Below are positions 12,265-24,597 of a DNA stretch of 64,000 nt, piece by piece (the first letter of the stretch is position 1; each line of letters begins with the position of its first letter). The stretch is taken from positions 108,502,001 through 108,566,000 of the forward strand of contig CM059432.1 of the NCBI GenBank assembly GCA_030390025.1. Reading direction: 5' to 3'. Made by a program: the position numbers and the translations under genes. Under the pieces are notes generated by a model. It was not told the DNA's origin. It was given only the letters and a program-made list of their open reading frames with translations, and ran no database searches. Origin of the DNA: Squalus acanthias (Eukaryota).

Positions 12265-12705
12265 ACTAAATGGGGAGAAATTGGGTGCCTTTGCGCCTCC
12301 GGGGGGCACCAACTGGGCACTACCAGCTTTGCGACCGGGTGCGGCGCTAGTACGATGCCCGCGAGATTGAGCTGGAGGTTTGCGGCGGCGGTAACCACTA
12401 GCGCCACGATCTCCTCTGTCCGGAGATCATGACGTATTCCGGGTGCGCAGCACCCCGGCTCCAAAATTCACTCTCGCCCCCTGCCTGAGCGCCTGCCATT
12501 AGCAACAACAGGTACAGGAGGCAATTTGCAGTCGGATGAGCGTGATATAAAGGGGTCAACTTCCGGGGTTTTTTTGTTGGTAAACAATGCTGCTTTGTCA
12601 GTTTGACCCATTTGACCGTTTTCAACTTGATGGCGTATTCTGGCTGAGAAAAATTTATCACTTTCATTTGGGTTACATTTGATCGTGCAACATTTCCATT
12701 ATTTA

Positions 12706-13830
12706 ATGGGGGCTGTACTGGCACTAGACCTCACCCTCCAGCGTCACCATCAGAGCCAGCGGAGGCAGAGAGAAAGATTGCAAAATGTGGCCAGAGGGAG
12801 GAGGGCCGACAGGGCTTTATCCTCCAAGGGTATTCTGGAACACTTCTCCTACATTCATCTCTTAGAGGAGCAGTGTTTTAGAAGGCTCCGCTTCAGTAAG
12901 GAGGTGGTCACTGAGCTCTGCCACCTCCTGTAGCCAGACCTCCAGCCTCAGCTCTGGACCAGGACGTCTCTCTCAATGGCAGTTAAGATCACAGTCGCTC
13001 TCAATTTCTACACCAGTGGCTCCTTCCAGGCTTCAACAGGGGATATTGCAAACTTTTCGCAGTTCGCCGTCCATTGCTGCATCCGGGAGGTAACAGACGC
13101 TCTCTACAGAAGGAGAAGGGAGTACATCTCATTCCCCATGACCAGAGAGAAACAAGTTGAATGCTCATGTGGCTTTGCAAGGATAGCGGGCTTCCCCATG
13201 GTTCAGGGCACCATTGACTGCACCCACATGACATGGTGGGCACCTCATCACAATGCAGAGGTGTTCCGCAACCGCAAAGGCTACCACTCTCTGAAAGTTC
13301 AGTTGGTGTGCGACCACAGACAGCGCATCCTCGCCGTCAATGCCCGCTATCCTGGCAGCAGCCACGATGCGTTCATCCCAGAACTGTTCTACCCACCACA
13401 TGAAGCTCGCGGCTGGCTGCTTGGAGACAAGGGTTATCCACTCGCCACCTGGCTTATGACACCCCTCCACAACCCCAACACATGACAGCCGTAGCGCCAC
13501 CAGGAACCTGATCGAACAGACTATTGGGGTGCTAAAGCAATGGTTCCACTGCCTTGACCACTCTGGAGGAGCCCAGCAGCTCTCCCCTGATCGAGTCTCC
13601 CTTTTCATCGTTGCGTGCTGCATGCTGTACAACCTGGCCATTCTGAAGGCCCAGCCATTGCCACCAGGGATTGCAGGTCCACCTCAGGAGGAGGAACAGG
13701 GAGAGGAGGAGGACGAGACAGAGGAGGAGGATGAAGAGGAGGAGGAGCAGCAGCAACGGAGGAGGGAGCCACTCAATCTTGCTTCTGCAAGGGCCGTCGT
13801 GAGCGCCTCATTAAACACCGCTTCCAATGA
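12706..13830 (+). pseudogene. Harbinger DDE transposase (HARBI1-like), disrupted
   Basis: Motifs GFPMVQGTIDCTH, RKGYHSLKVQLVCD, PGSSHDAF, LLGDKGYPLATWLMTP, RNLIEQTIGVLKQ and an acidic tail. Contains a premature stop and frameshifts. Confidence 0.9.
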
Positions 13831-14089
13831 ATGATAAATCACATGGCGTTTGCGCAGCACAACCACATCATTACATCCAGGTCACAGCCCCTATCACCGG
13901 GCAAAGGTCAAATGAGAAACATCACGAAATGTGCAACATCAAATTCACAATTTATTATCGAACACAACTCTCTCTTATGAAACACAACTATTCATAAAGA
14001 AACACAACAATATTTTTACAAACACATCAATTTATTAACACACTACCCCCATTTGCCAATAAAATATTCTTTACTCCCCCTTCTTCAAT

Positions 14090-17000
14090 AATTTGCCTCC
14101 CCTTTAGAGTTCCCCCCCTCCAAACCCTACTGCTCCTCTGTAATGTGGCCCCAGTGGCTGCAGCAAGGCTGGTGGAAGGCTGCTGAGTTTGGGAGCCAGA
14201 GACTGCAGATGGCCTTGCAGGACGCCCTCGACCAGCTCTGGGCCTGGAAGGCCCGGCTGCAGACTGCAACACCTCAGCATGGGTGGCAGCAGTCTGGGAT
14301 AGCTGGGTTACAGGCTGCGACAAATGCAGTCTTTGAGTAAATAAATCCCCAGGCCCGGATGAAATATATCCCAGGCTGTTAAGAGAAGCAAGTGAGGAAA
14401 TAGCAGAGGCTCTGACCATCATCTTCCAATCCTCTCTGGCTACAGGTGTGGTGCCGGAGGACTGCTAATGTCGTACCATTGTTTAAAAAAGCAAAAAAGG
14501 ATAGACCGAGTAATTACAGGCCAGTCAGCCTAACCTCGGTGGTGAGAAAATTATTGGAAAAAATTCTGAGGGACAGGATAAATCTTCATTTAGAAAGACA
14601 CTGATTAATCAAGGACAGTCAGCATGGATTTGTTAAGGGGAGGTCGTGTCTGACTAACTTGATTGAATTTTTTGAGGAGGTAACAAGGAGGGTCGATGAG
14701 GGTTGTGCGTTTGATGTAGTGTATATGGATTTTAGCAAGGCTTTTGATAAGGTCCCACATGGCAGACTGTTCACGAAAGTAAAAGCCCATGGGATCCAAG
14801 GCAAAGTGGCAGGTTGGATCCAAAATTAGCTCAGAAGTAGGAAGCAAAGGGTTATGGTCGATGGGTGCTTTTGTGAATGGAAGGCTGTTTCCAGTGGGGT
14901 TCCGCAGGGCTCAGTACTAGGTCCCTTGCTTTTTGTGGTATATATCAATGATTTGGACTTGAATGTAGGGGGGTATGAGTAAGAAGTTTGCAGTTGATAC
15001 AAAAATTGGCCGTATGGTGGATAATGAAGAAGAAAGCTGCAGACTGCAGGAAGATATCAATGGACTGGCCAGGTGGGCAGAACAGTGGCAAATGGAATTC
15101 AATCCGGACAAGTGCGAGGTAATGCATTTAGGGAGGGCTAACAAGGCAAGGCAATACACTATAAATGGTAGGACACTGAGAAGTGCAGAGAGACCTTGGA
15201 GTGCATGTCCACAGATCCTTGAAGGTAGCAGGACAGGTAGATAAGGTGGTTAAGAAGGCATACGGGATACTTGCCTTTATTAGTCGAGGCATAGAATATA
15301 AGAGCAGAGAGGTTATGCTTGAACTGTATAAAACACTAATTAGGCCTCAGCTAGAGTACTGCGTGCAGTTCTGGTCACCACATTACAGAAAAGATGTGAT
15401 TGCGCTAGAGAGGGTACAGAGGAGATTTACGAGGATGTTGCCTGGGCTGGGGAATTTTAACTATGAGAAAAGATTGGATAGGCTGGGGTTGTTTTCTTTG
15501 GAACAGAGGAGGCTATGGGGAGACCTAATTGAGGTGTATAAAATTATGAGGGGCCTAAATAGAGTGGATAGGAAGGAACTGTTTCCTTTGGCAGAGGGGT
15601 CAACAACCAAGGGGCACAGATTTAAAGTAAATGGTAGGAGGTTTAGAGGGGATTTGAGGGGAATTTTTTTCACCCAGAGGATGGTGGGGGTCTGGAACTC
15701 ACTGCCTGAAAGGGTGGTAGAGGCAGAAACTCTCACCACATTCAAAAAGAACTTGGATGTGCACTTGAGGTGCCGTGGCCTACAAGACTACGGACCAAGT
15801 GCTGGCAGGTGGGATTAGGCTGGATAGCTCTTTGACGACTGGCGCGGACACGATGGGCCAAATGGCCTCCTTCCGTGCTGTAAATTTCTATGATTCAATG
15901 GCGGAGTGGCAGTGTTGGGAGCAGGAATGCTGTCATCCTGAAACAGGACAGCACCTTCCTGCTCAACTGACACACTGCCACTCCCCCGGGGCATACCCTC
16001 AGCATCCGGAGCAATCCGCTCGAGCACAGATTGCTGGCCTGCTGTGGCATCGTGAGATCCCCGGTGGACAGTGGGCGACCCAGCGAAGATGGCAGCAGTC
16101 AGCGCTTGCGTGGCATCAACCTGAGACTGCATGAGAGCAGTCTGAGATTGCATGCCAGCAACCACTGACTCCATTACAGCACTAAGCCGTTGCGTTGCTT
16201 CAGCCTGTGCTGCAATAGCTGCTGCCACCTCACCCATGACACGCAGCATGAGGTCTGGGTCCCCATGGTCTCTCTGCGAGTCGACTATCCTTTGGAAACT
16301 GCCAAGTATAGGCTCGACGGTGTGCGCAGAGATAAATGCAATGCTGGGGGCGGACTCCTCCAAGCTCCTAGCCAGTGCATCCATGCTATTTGGCACCCTT
16401 GCCATTGCACCCATGAGCTCGGTGTGTATGCCCATCGCCCGTGTGGTCATTGCCTCCACATCAAGGTCCTCATCTGAGTCCTGTGCAGCAGAACTCGCGC
16501 GCGAACTCACCCTCCGGGGAGATGGCCCCCGAGCTTCCCTTTCCCCGTGGCGTTGCTGCAGCCCACTGGATCCCGGGGCTTCACCCACATCAGACCCATG
16601 TATTAGGCTCCCCTCCAGCGACCGCGTTACCCCATTATCAGACTTAGCGCCTTTGGGAGACACAGGCAGTGAGGCTCTGGCTTGTCCTTCTTACTCCTCT
16701 CCTGCGTCGCTGCCACTGGGAGGCTGAGAGACGGGCTGGTCATGTGATGGCTGGTTATCTGAAAGCATAAAGGCACAAGAATGGGGTTAAGGTCAGGGGA
16801 GGGGGGCAGGAAGGGAGCAAGGAATGGAGACAGTATATTTTGATGGAAAGTGGGAAAGGCTTGTGGTGTGAAGGGGAAGTGGTATGAGAGAAGAGGGAGA
16901 GGTGATGAACATACCGTTGTTGTCCCCAAGGGGGTCGACGTCTCCGACGGCCACAGCACCCATGACCTGGGCGGCAATGATGCGGCCCACTCGCTCCTCC

Positions 17001-17555
17001 AGGTCTGTAAGGAGGTGCAGGTCCGCCTCACCTCCTCCCGTTCGTACCTGTTCCCTCCTGTTGTGAGCAAGCTTGGCCTGCAAGAAAAAGGAAAGCGTGT
17101 GAGTGAGTGTGCAGCTATGTGTTTGGCATATGTGCCTACCACAATTGAATGACAATGACTGTTAATGTATGCAAGGCGTGAGATATGCACGTCGCTTTTA
17201 GTCGGTGGGTATAGTTGGTGAGTGAGTGCTGGGGATGTGGCGGTTAATACAGTGTGTGCACAGAGTGAGGTTGAGATGGTGGGATGTAGAGGTATTTGAA
17301 GCATCTGCTCACCCTGACCACCCGAGTGAGGTCGTTGAATTTCTTCTGGCACTGAGTGGGTGTTCTGGGGACCACACTTCTGGCCATCACGTGCTGGGTG
17401 ACCTCGCTTCACATCCTCCTAAAGGCCTGTGGCATTGGCCTCCTGTCTGTGTCCAGGAAGAGCACTGCCCGTCGGCGTTCCACGGCCGTGACCAGAGCCT
17501 CCAAGGTGTGGTCGCTGAACCGGCGAGTTCTCTCTCTGGACCTCTGATCAGCCAT
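14090..17555 (-). pseudogene. Harbinger ORF2 (Myb/SANT-like), 3 exons, copy C
   Basis: Exon 1 17555-17313, exon 2 17077-16915, exon 3 from 16758, interrupted by a CR1. GT-AG junctions; QCQKKFNDL Myb motif. Confidence 0.8.
14331..15898 (+). mobile_element. 5'-truncated CR1 LINE inserted in ORF2 of Harbinger C
   Basis: RT and C-terminal motifs (QLEYCVQFWSPH, FFTQRMVGVWNSLP) and TTCTATGATTC tail. Same subfamily as 57961-63416. Confidence 0.95.
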
Positions 17556-18195
17556 CAGTTGCATGAATGAAGGCTTGCAGCTCCTTGCAGGCCCAGTTCA
17601 CAAGCAGCAATGATCAGAGTGAGGCTGTACACCATGATTGAACCTTCCCTTTAAAAACTGAAAGGCGCCAGTCTGTCTGAGGACTCTCTAATTGATAGCG
17701 CCGGAACTTGATTAGCGCTCTGAAGGTAGCGCCTCACTCTGCGACCTTAGCACCCTCAGAGAAGTGTGTAGAGCTTGATTGAGCGCTCCACTTCCCTCTT
17801 GGGGCGCTAAAACTCAATTTCACATTCGCTAAAGTTAGTGCCCAGCTGATATTAGCGCCCCAAAATGGTTGATACTGAATTTTTCCCCCATTGAGATTAA
17901 TCTGCGCCACCTGAAAATGGTCTAGTTAAGATGCAAAATTCGCCCTCATTCTTCATTAACATGATTTTAGTCATGAATTTAGTGCTAAAACTGCTGCTCA
18001 TTGGCGTTACATTGAACAGGTGGACCAATATCAGGGACGGTCTAATTCACAGTCATGATTGCCACAGGCTTTTTCCACTACTTAAAGGGAAGGTGCATTA
18101 ATGCTGGTGTACCTCATTATCAGGCTGCTAGGCTGTTCAGCTGCCCCAACAGCACAGTGAAGAGGTGGACAGAGAAGCAACACTTACAGGTAGTG

Positions 18196-20073
18196 ATGGT
18201 GGAACATAGACGGAGGGAGAGAGGCTGTAGGTTCTCTGATGAAGCTCTTGAGGCATTGGTCTCTACGGTGGAGAGGAGGCGGGTGGTGCTATACCCGCAA
18301 GCTGGCAGGAGGCCCTCGCCACACACATCCAGGACCATGTGGCGTGAGACAGCGGACCACATCACGGCCAGCACTGTTGTCCCCAGGACCCACACCCAGT
18401 GCTGGAAGAAGTTTAACGACCTCACACAGCAGGTCAAGGTGAGTGACGGCTTCATCAAATGCCACATACCACCATCTGCACCACAAGCTTCACACACTGC
18501 TCTTTGCACCGCACTCTCAAAGCAACAATCTCCACCTATCAACACTCACACCCACATCTCACACCATGCACACAACGACAGCTATCCAACCATGGCAGGC
18601 ACTTCACCCAAACACATTGCACTAAACTCACTCAGCAATTCTCTTTCTCCTGCAGGCCAAGGTCACACATAACCGCTGGGAGCAGGAGCGGACAGGAGGG
18701 GGCCAGGCGGACCTTCAACACCTAATCCAGCTTGAGGAGCGAGTGCTTGAGATCATTGGGCGCCACGTGGTACAGGCCGTGGCCACCGGCAAGGTTCGAC
18801 CCTTTGGGGACAACAACGGTATGGTCATTCCTAATCCTTCTTCTCACATCCCACTTCCCCCTCAGCCCACAATCTTTCTCACTTTCAAGCTACTCCTGCT
18901 GTATGCATGCATTTCTGGGTTTCCCACCCCTCACCATAACCCGACTCTTGTGCCTTTCTGGCTTTTGTGCTTTTAGATAATCAACAAGCAGCCGAGCAGC
19001 CTGTCCCTGAGGGCACCGCAGAGAGCGAGGGGGGAGAAGAAGAGGAGGAAGAAGACACTGCGTCACTGCATCTCTCACTTGCAGACATCAGCTCAGAAAC
19101 TGGCACTACGTGAACTTTAGAGGCTAGTGTAGAAACAGGATCTGCACTGGGTGATGCACCAGGCATGAGTGGGCTGCAGCAAGGCCAGGGGGAAAGGGTA
19201 GCTCGGGGACCAACTCCCCGGAGGGCGAGTTCGTGTGCAAGTTCTGCTGCACAGGACTGAGATGAGGACCTCGATGGGGAGGTCTTTAGAAGAAGGGTGA
19301 TGGACATGCACATAGAAATGATATGTGCAATGGCAAGGCTGCCAGAGAGCCTCTCGGCAATGTCATGGAGCAGGGAGGAGTCCGCCTCCAACATTGCACT
19401 GGGCTCTGTGCAGAGCATGGAGCCAAGGATTTCCAGCCTGGAAATGATCGTGCACACCCAGAGAGACCGTGGCAACGCAGATGTGATGGTGCGCATGATG
19501 GGTGATGTCGCAGCTTCCATTGCAGCACCGGCGGAAGCGACCCACCATCTTAGTGCTCCAGCAGAAGCTCAGACCGCTGTCATGCAGTCTCAGCTTGAAG
19601 ACACTCAAGCTCAGACTGTTGCCATCGTGGCTGGGTTGCCCACCGTCGACTGGGGCTTGCAGGGTGTCGCAGCAGGCCAGTAATCTGTGCTCCAACAGAT
19701 TGCTAGGAATGCTGAGGCACTGCCCCGTGGGAGTGACAGTGGGTCAGTGGAGCAGGACCCTACTGTCCTCTCTCAGGTTGACTGCATTCCTCTTCCCACC
19801 ACTGCCACACCACCATTGCCGTTGCCGCTGCCTGTGAGCCAGCCAGCCCAGACTGCTGCTGCCCATGCCAAGGTGATGCAGTCTACAGCCGGGCCTTCTA
19901 GGTCCAGAGCTGCTCGAGGTCATCCTGCAAGGCCATCTGCAGTCTCCCTTGCTGAAAGTCAGCAGCCCTCCACCTGCCATGCTGCAGCCACTGGGGAAGC
20001 ACTTCGTAGGAGCACTAGATTAGGAAAAGCCGCACGAAAGACAGATACTAAGGGATTGCACCAGGGTGATTAG
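18196..20073 (+). pseudogene. Harbinger ORF2 (Myb/SANT-like), 3 exons, copy A
   Basis: Exon 1 18196-18438 (RFSDEALEALV...WRET...QCWKKFNDL), exon 2 18656-18818, exon 3 18977-20073; internal stops. Confidence 0.85.
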
Positions 20074-20224
20074 TTAATAGTATAATTGTAAATATGTGTC
20101 TTATTGATAAATGTAATAATTGTATCTGGAATCTTTTGTGGTGTGTCTCATTTCAGCTTTATGCTCAGGAGAGCGATGTGATGTTCCGTGACACAGGGAT
20201 GGTATGATGGGGATGTGGTGTGCC

Positions 20225-20535
20225 ATGGTGACCTTGACTGCAGCTGGGAGAGCCGTGTTCGCCCAGCTCTCAGGGTGCAGGTCTGGTTGCAGGAGGTGGC
20301 AGAGTTCTGTGACCACCTCCTCGCTGAAGTGTAGCCTCCTAAAATAGTGCTCCTCACTTAATTGAAGGTAGGATATGTGCTGTCGGAAGACTCCAGGTGG
20401 GTAAGGTCTCCTGTTGATGCCCTCATAGCCCTCCTCCTCCTGCCTCTGCGCGCAGGTTCCCGTCTTCCTCGCTGCCTCCGCTCCCTCTGCCGTAGACCCT
20501 GGAGGGCGATGTCGACTGCCAGTATGGACCCGTGA
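20225..20535 (-). pseudogene. N-terminal remnant of Harbinger transposase (copy A)
   Basis: VVTELCHLLQPDL...ALPAAVKVT matches copies B and C; the catalytic region is deleted. Confidence 0.75.
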
Positions 20536-20978
20536 CTGTGAGCAAGTGTTGTGAGCAGAAGTCTTTAAAAATAGAGGGACTTGAAATAATACTCCCTGTT
20601 ACCAAAAACCTTGAAATAACTAAAGAAAGCTGTTTCAGTTATAGGAAAGTAGCAAACAGCCACTGAAACTGCTGAACCATGTCAGGTGATGATGCCTTTA
20701 AATATCGCTGCTGCAGCAGCCTGCTTCCTGCTGGTAGACGACAGCTCTCCCTGTCGTTGTTCTGCGCTGACGGTAAGTACAATGGCTAAATGCAATGTTG
20801 GAGATCGGGCGCCAAGTGAGTGTTACACAATCACTGACGTCTCGATCTCTTTTATTTAAATCTCCCTGGTGCTAGTGTTTACCGGCAGCTTTAACAGCAG
20901 CTCCAAAATGGCCTGCGCCAATGGATCTGCCACCAGCTGGCGGTAGCAGCCGGCGCTAAAGCCTCCGATTTCTCCCCC

Positions 20979-21215
20979 ATACTGCGTATTACTTGAGGTA
21001 ATACACATAGTCAATGTTATTGGGGATAATCCACATTATATTACTGGAGAGTAATGAACATCGTACATGTTACTTGGGCTAATCCACAAAATATGTGTTA
21101 CTGAGGATAAGGCACATAATGTAGTGCTGGGGAAACACAGGTATTACTGGAGAGTAACATATACATTACTTATCACAGGTGCAGATAGTTTATATTACTG
21201 AGGGTAGCGTACATT
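20979..21215. repeat. Decayed ~25-bp tandem repeat (TATTACTGGAGAGTAACACAT-like)
   Basis: The motif recurs here and at 12130-12222, about 21670-21706 and 21940-21960. Confidence 0.6.
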
Positions 21216-21217
21216 GT

Positions 21218-21668
21218 TTTTTAAATTTGTTTTATGGGATGTGGGCATCACTGGCAAGGCCAGCATTTATTGCCCATCCCTAATTGCCCTTGAGAAGGTG
21301 ATGGTGAGCTGCCTTCTTGAACCACTGCAGTTCATGTGGTGATGGTACTCCCACAGTGCTGTTAGGTAGGGTATTCCAGGATTTTGACCCAGCGACGATG
21401 AAGGATCGGCGATATACCTCTAAGTCAGGCTGGTGTGTGACTTGCAGGGGAACTTGGAGGTGGTGGTGTTCCCATGCGCCTGCTGCCCTTGTCCTTCTAG
21501 GTGGAAGAGGTTGTGGGTTTGGGAGGTGCTGCCGAAGAAGCCTTGGCCAGTTGCTGCAGTGCATCTTGTAGATGGTACACACTGTAGCCACGGTACGCCG
21601 GTGGTGGAGGGAGTGAATGTTTAAGGTGGTAGATGGGGTGCCAATCAAGCGGGCTGCTTTGTCCTGGA
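21218..21668 (-). mobile_element. CR1/L2-group LINE 3' end (possibly shark HER1-like)
   Basis: ORF IHSLHHRRTVA...SKSWNTLPNS...FKKAAHHHLLKGN followed by AATAAA tail. Relatives at 1027-1185 and 45985-46160. Confidence 0.7.
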
Positions 21669-21706
21669 GAGTACTGCAGATAGCTTGTATTACTAGGTAG
21701 TAACAT

Positions 21707-21927
21707 GATGCGGAGATGCCGGCGTTGGACTGGGGTGGACAAAAATGAGAAGTCGCACAACACCAGGTTATAGTCCAACAGATTTATTTAAAATTACAAG
21801 CTTTCGGAGCTGTCGCCCCTTCCTCAGGTAAAGGTACCTTTACCTGAGGAAGGGGCGACAGCTCCGAAAGCTTGTAATTTTAAATAAATCTGTTGGACTA
21901 TAACCTGGTGTTGTGCGACTTCTCATT
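21707..21927. mobile_element. Penelope-like element terminus with inverted partial copy
   Basis: 13-bp TSD TAGGTAGTAACAT (21694-21706 and 21928-21940), perfect palindrome 21743-21928, hammerhead motif in each arm. Confidence 0.8.
21840..21877 (+). ncRNA. Minimal type I hammerhead ribozyme motif (mirror copy 21794-21831 on minus strand)
   Basis: TTAC-CTGAGGA-A-GGGGC(gaca)GCTCC-GAAA-GCTT-GTAA. Confidence 0.7.
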
Positions 21928-22150
21928 TAGGTAGTAACATACATTGTATTACTGTAGTTTAATATACACTAAAAATAATAAATTAAGGATTTAAAAATAA
22001 AGTTAATATTTCTGAATGTCCTTTAATCTGTTAAAATGGGAAATTTCTGTCTTAATTTGAAAAAACCCTTTTCACCCATTCTAATGACAATTGTTTATTT
22101 AAAAAAAAGAATGATTTTGACTGATATGTCTTCTTTTACAAAAACACTAG

Positions 22151-22800
22151 AGGGGAGAAATTCAGTCGCGCCCAGGAAGGCACGCTAACTTTTGAGAAGT
22201 TGGAAAATTAGCGCCAGGCACTAATCAATCTCACTGCCCGCTAAATTCAGTCTCCGCGCTCAAAGAATGCAGGGGAGCACTAAATCAGGCGCTAATGGTG
22301 TAGGTGAGTGGCGTTAGGCTCCAAGCGATAACGAATATGAGGTGTTGTGTAATCGGAAGTGAGCATTGGTGCAGGCGCCTTCCAGCCATTAAAGGGGAGG
22401 GTCACTGGAGTCTGCGCACCAACCCCCAATGATTCAGGAAGTGCAGAACGGCCATATGCTGTGAGATGAAATGCAAAGTGCTTTGACAACCCGCAACACT
22501 CCGGGGACTAAGCAGCCTTTATTTGCCTGCAGATACATCCTACACTCTCTGCCACTCATAACTGACCTTTGGAACAAAAGTTCCGTGACAGCTGGGGTGC
22601 ATCCCTTTAAGTAGCACCCCGCCAGCCGGCTGGTTCATGCCTCCACTCCCTGGTGCTGTCGGTGCGAGGTGCTAAGGCAGGGGGCGCTACTTAAGTTTGC
22701 AGATCGGGCACCCAGCGAGCGTTGCACACTCACTGATGTCACGATCTGCATGGCGAAAGGGACTGAAGCACTAACTGTTATCGCTGGCACTAAACACATG
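22151..22800. mobile_element. Harbinger-type MITE D, right end missing
   Basis: Left TIR AGGGGAGAAATTCAGTCGCGCCC. The subterminal region is cut by copy B, and no continuation is seen after 28076. Confidence 0.65.
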
Positions 22801-23255
22801 GGCCTAGAAATTCAGGGGTTTAGCACCACCCATTACCGCCAGATTCGAGCAAAAAAATGGCGGGCGGCGCTCTTCGGCCAGCTGCCGATATCAGTGATCA
22901 CTAAAATCATGGAAATGATGCAGATCGTGATGTCAGTGAGTGTGCAACATTCACTTGACGCCCGATTTGCGAGTTTCGAATTCGCCGCTCGACTTACCGG
23001 CATTCCTTAAGTGCGATGAGCTGAGCAAGCATTGAGAAGCAGGAAGGAGGCTTCAGCAGCGGTATTTAAAGGGATCATCAGCAACAACTTGCAGCTGACA
23101 TGTTTTTGCAGTTTGACTGGCTCTGCAACTTTCTGCAACTCTTGCAGCTTTATAAACTTCTTGCAAGGTTCTAAGGTAACAGGGAGTGTTGCTGCAAGTG
23201 GAGAACGCCTTCATTATTATTTAAAGGCTTCTGCTCACAACACTTGCTCACAGTC

Positions 23256-24421
23256 AGGGGGAGCAACTGGCGGATCCCCTCGTGCTTGAGGATCTTCGGG
23301 AGAGGGAGCGGAGGTAGCGAAGAAGGGGAGAAGATGCGCGCAGCGGGAAGAGGAGGAGGGGCAGGTGGGCTCTCAGCAGGACGCCTTACCCACCTAGGGG
23401 CATCTGAGAGCACTTCTCTTATATCCACTTAAGCGAGGAGCAGTGTCTTAGGAGGCTACAAGGAGGTGGTCACAGAACCTGCCACCTCCTGCAACCAGAG
23501 CTGCAGCCTGAGAGCAGGGCGACCACGGCTCTCCCAGTGGCAGTCAAGGTCACCGTGGCCCTCAATTTCTTCACCAGCGGATCCTTCTAGTCTGTAACAG
23601 GAGACATAGCTAACATCTCACAATTCACCGTCCATCACTGCGACCGGGAGATCACAAAGGCTCTCGACACCAGAAGGAACTTTGTTGTCTTCTCTCTGAA
23701 CAGAGAGAAGCAGGATGAGCGCGCCATGTGGCTTTGCCAGGATAGCTGGATTCCCCATGTTGCATGGTACCATCAACTGCACCCACGTGGCTTTTTGGGC
23801 GCCTTATAACAATCCTGAGATCTTCCTTAACCACAAAGGCTACCACTCACTTAATGTGCAGTTGGTGTGCGACCACGCCCAGCGCTTCCTGATGGCCAAT
23901 GCCCACTATGCTGGCAGCAGCCATGATGCCTTCATCGTGCATCAGTCCAGTGTGCCAGCAATCTTCCAGCCACCACAGCAAACTCGAGGGTGGCTGCTCG
24001 GAGACAAGGGCTATCCGCTCTCCACCTGGCTCATGACTCCCCTCTGCAATGCCAACACTCGTGCCCAGCACTCATAATGAGGGCCATGCTTCCACCAGGA
24101 ACATCATCGAGCAGACCATCGGGCTACTGAAGCAACAGTTCCGTTATCTTGACCGCACGGCGGGGGGGGGGGGGGGGGGGGGGGGAAGCTCTCCAGTACA
24201 CGCTGGAGCAGGTGTCCCATTTTGTGCTGCATGCTTCACAACTTGGCCATCATGAGGGCACAGCCCTTGCCAGCAGGGATTGCGGGACCACCTCAAGAGG
24301 AGGACAAGGGAGAGGAGGAGGAGGAAGAGGAGCAAGAGGACGAGGAGGGAGGAGGCAGGCAGCCAATACCCCTTCTGGATGGGCTGTCCGTGAACACCTC
24401 ATCAGACTCCGATTCCAATGA
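23256..24421 (+). pseudogene. Harbinger DDE transposase (HARBI1-like), disrupted, copy B
   Basis: GFPMLHGTINCTH, KGYHSLNVQLVCD, GSSHDAFI, LLGDKGYPLSTWLMTP, RNIIEQTIGLLKQQF; stops and frameshifts present. Confidence 0.9.
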
Positions 24422-24597
24422 ATGAAACCCCAGATCCCCATTGCTCACCACTTTCCCATCATACCATCCCTCTGTCACGGAATATCACAGAGTCCTCCTG
24501 GGCACAAAGCTGAAATGAGAGACACCACAAAAGATTCCAAACACAATTATTAAATTAGCAATAATCACAAGACACATATTTACACTAACGATATGAA

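Larger units (their letters stand above)
12271..17889. mobile_element. PIF/Harbinger transposon copy C, nested in the terminus of copy A
   Basis: TIRs (T)GGGGAGAAATTGGGT / ACTGAATTTTTCCCCC; convergent transposase (+) and Myb-like ORF2 (-). TSD is not clean. Confidence 0.85.
12223..20978. mobile_element. PIF/Harbinger transposon copy A (transposase mostly deleted; contains nested copy C)
   Basis: TIRs GGGCTAGGAATTGG / CCGATTTCTCCCCC, TSD ATA on both sides. A decayed TATTACTGG tandem repeat continues on both flanks. Confidence 0.85.

Noticed and set aside
21743..21928. Palindrome as the symmetry centre that generated the large inverted structure
   Set aside because: It has its own 13-bp TSD, the sequence around it is not symmetric, and it is far younger than the A/B divergence. 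The central position appears coincidental.
12706..24421. Host HARBI1 or NAIF1 genes
   Set aside because: Multiple TIR-bounded copies with stops and frameshifts indicate transposon relics.
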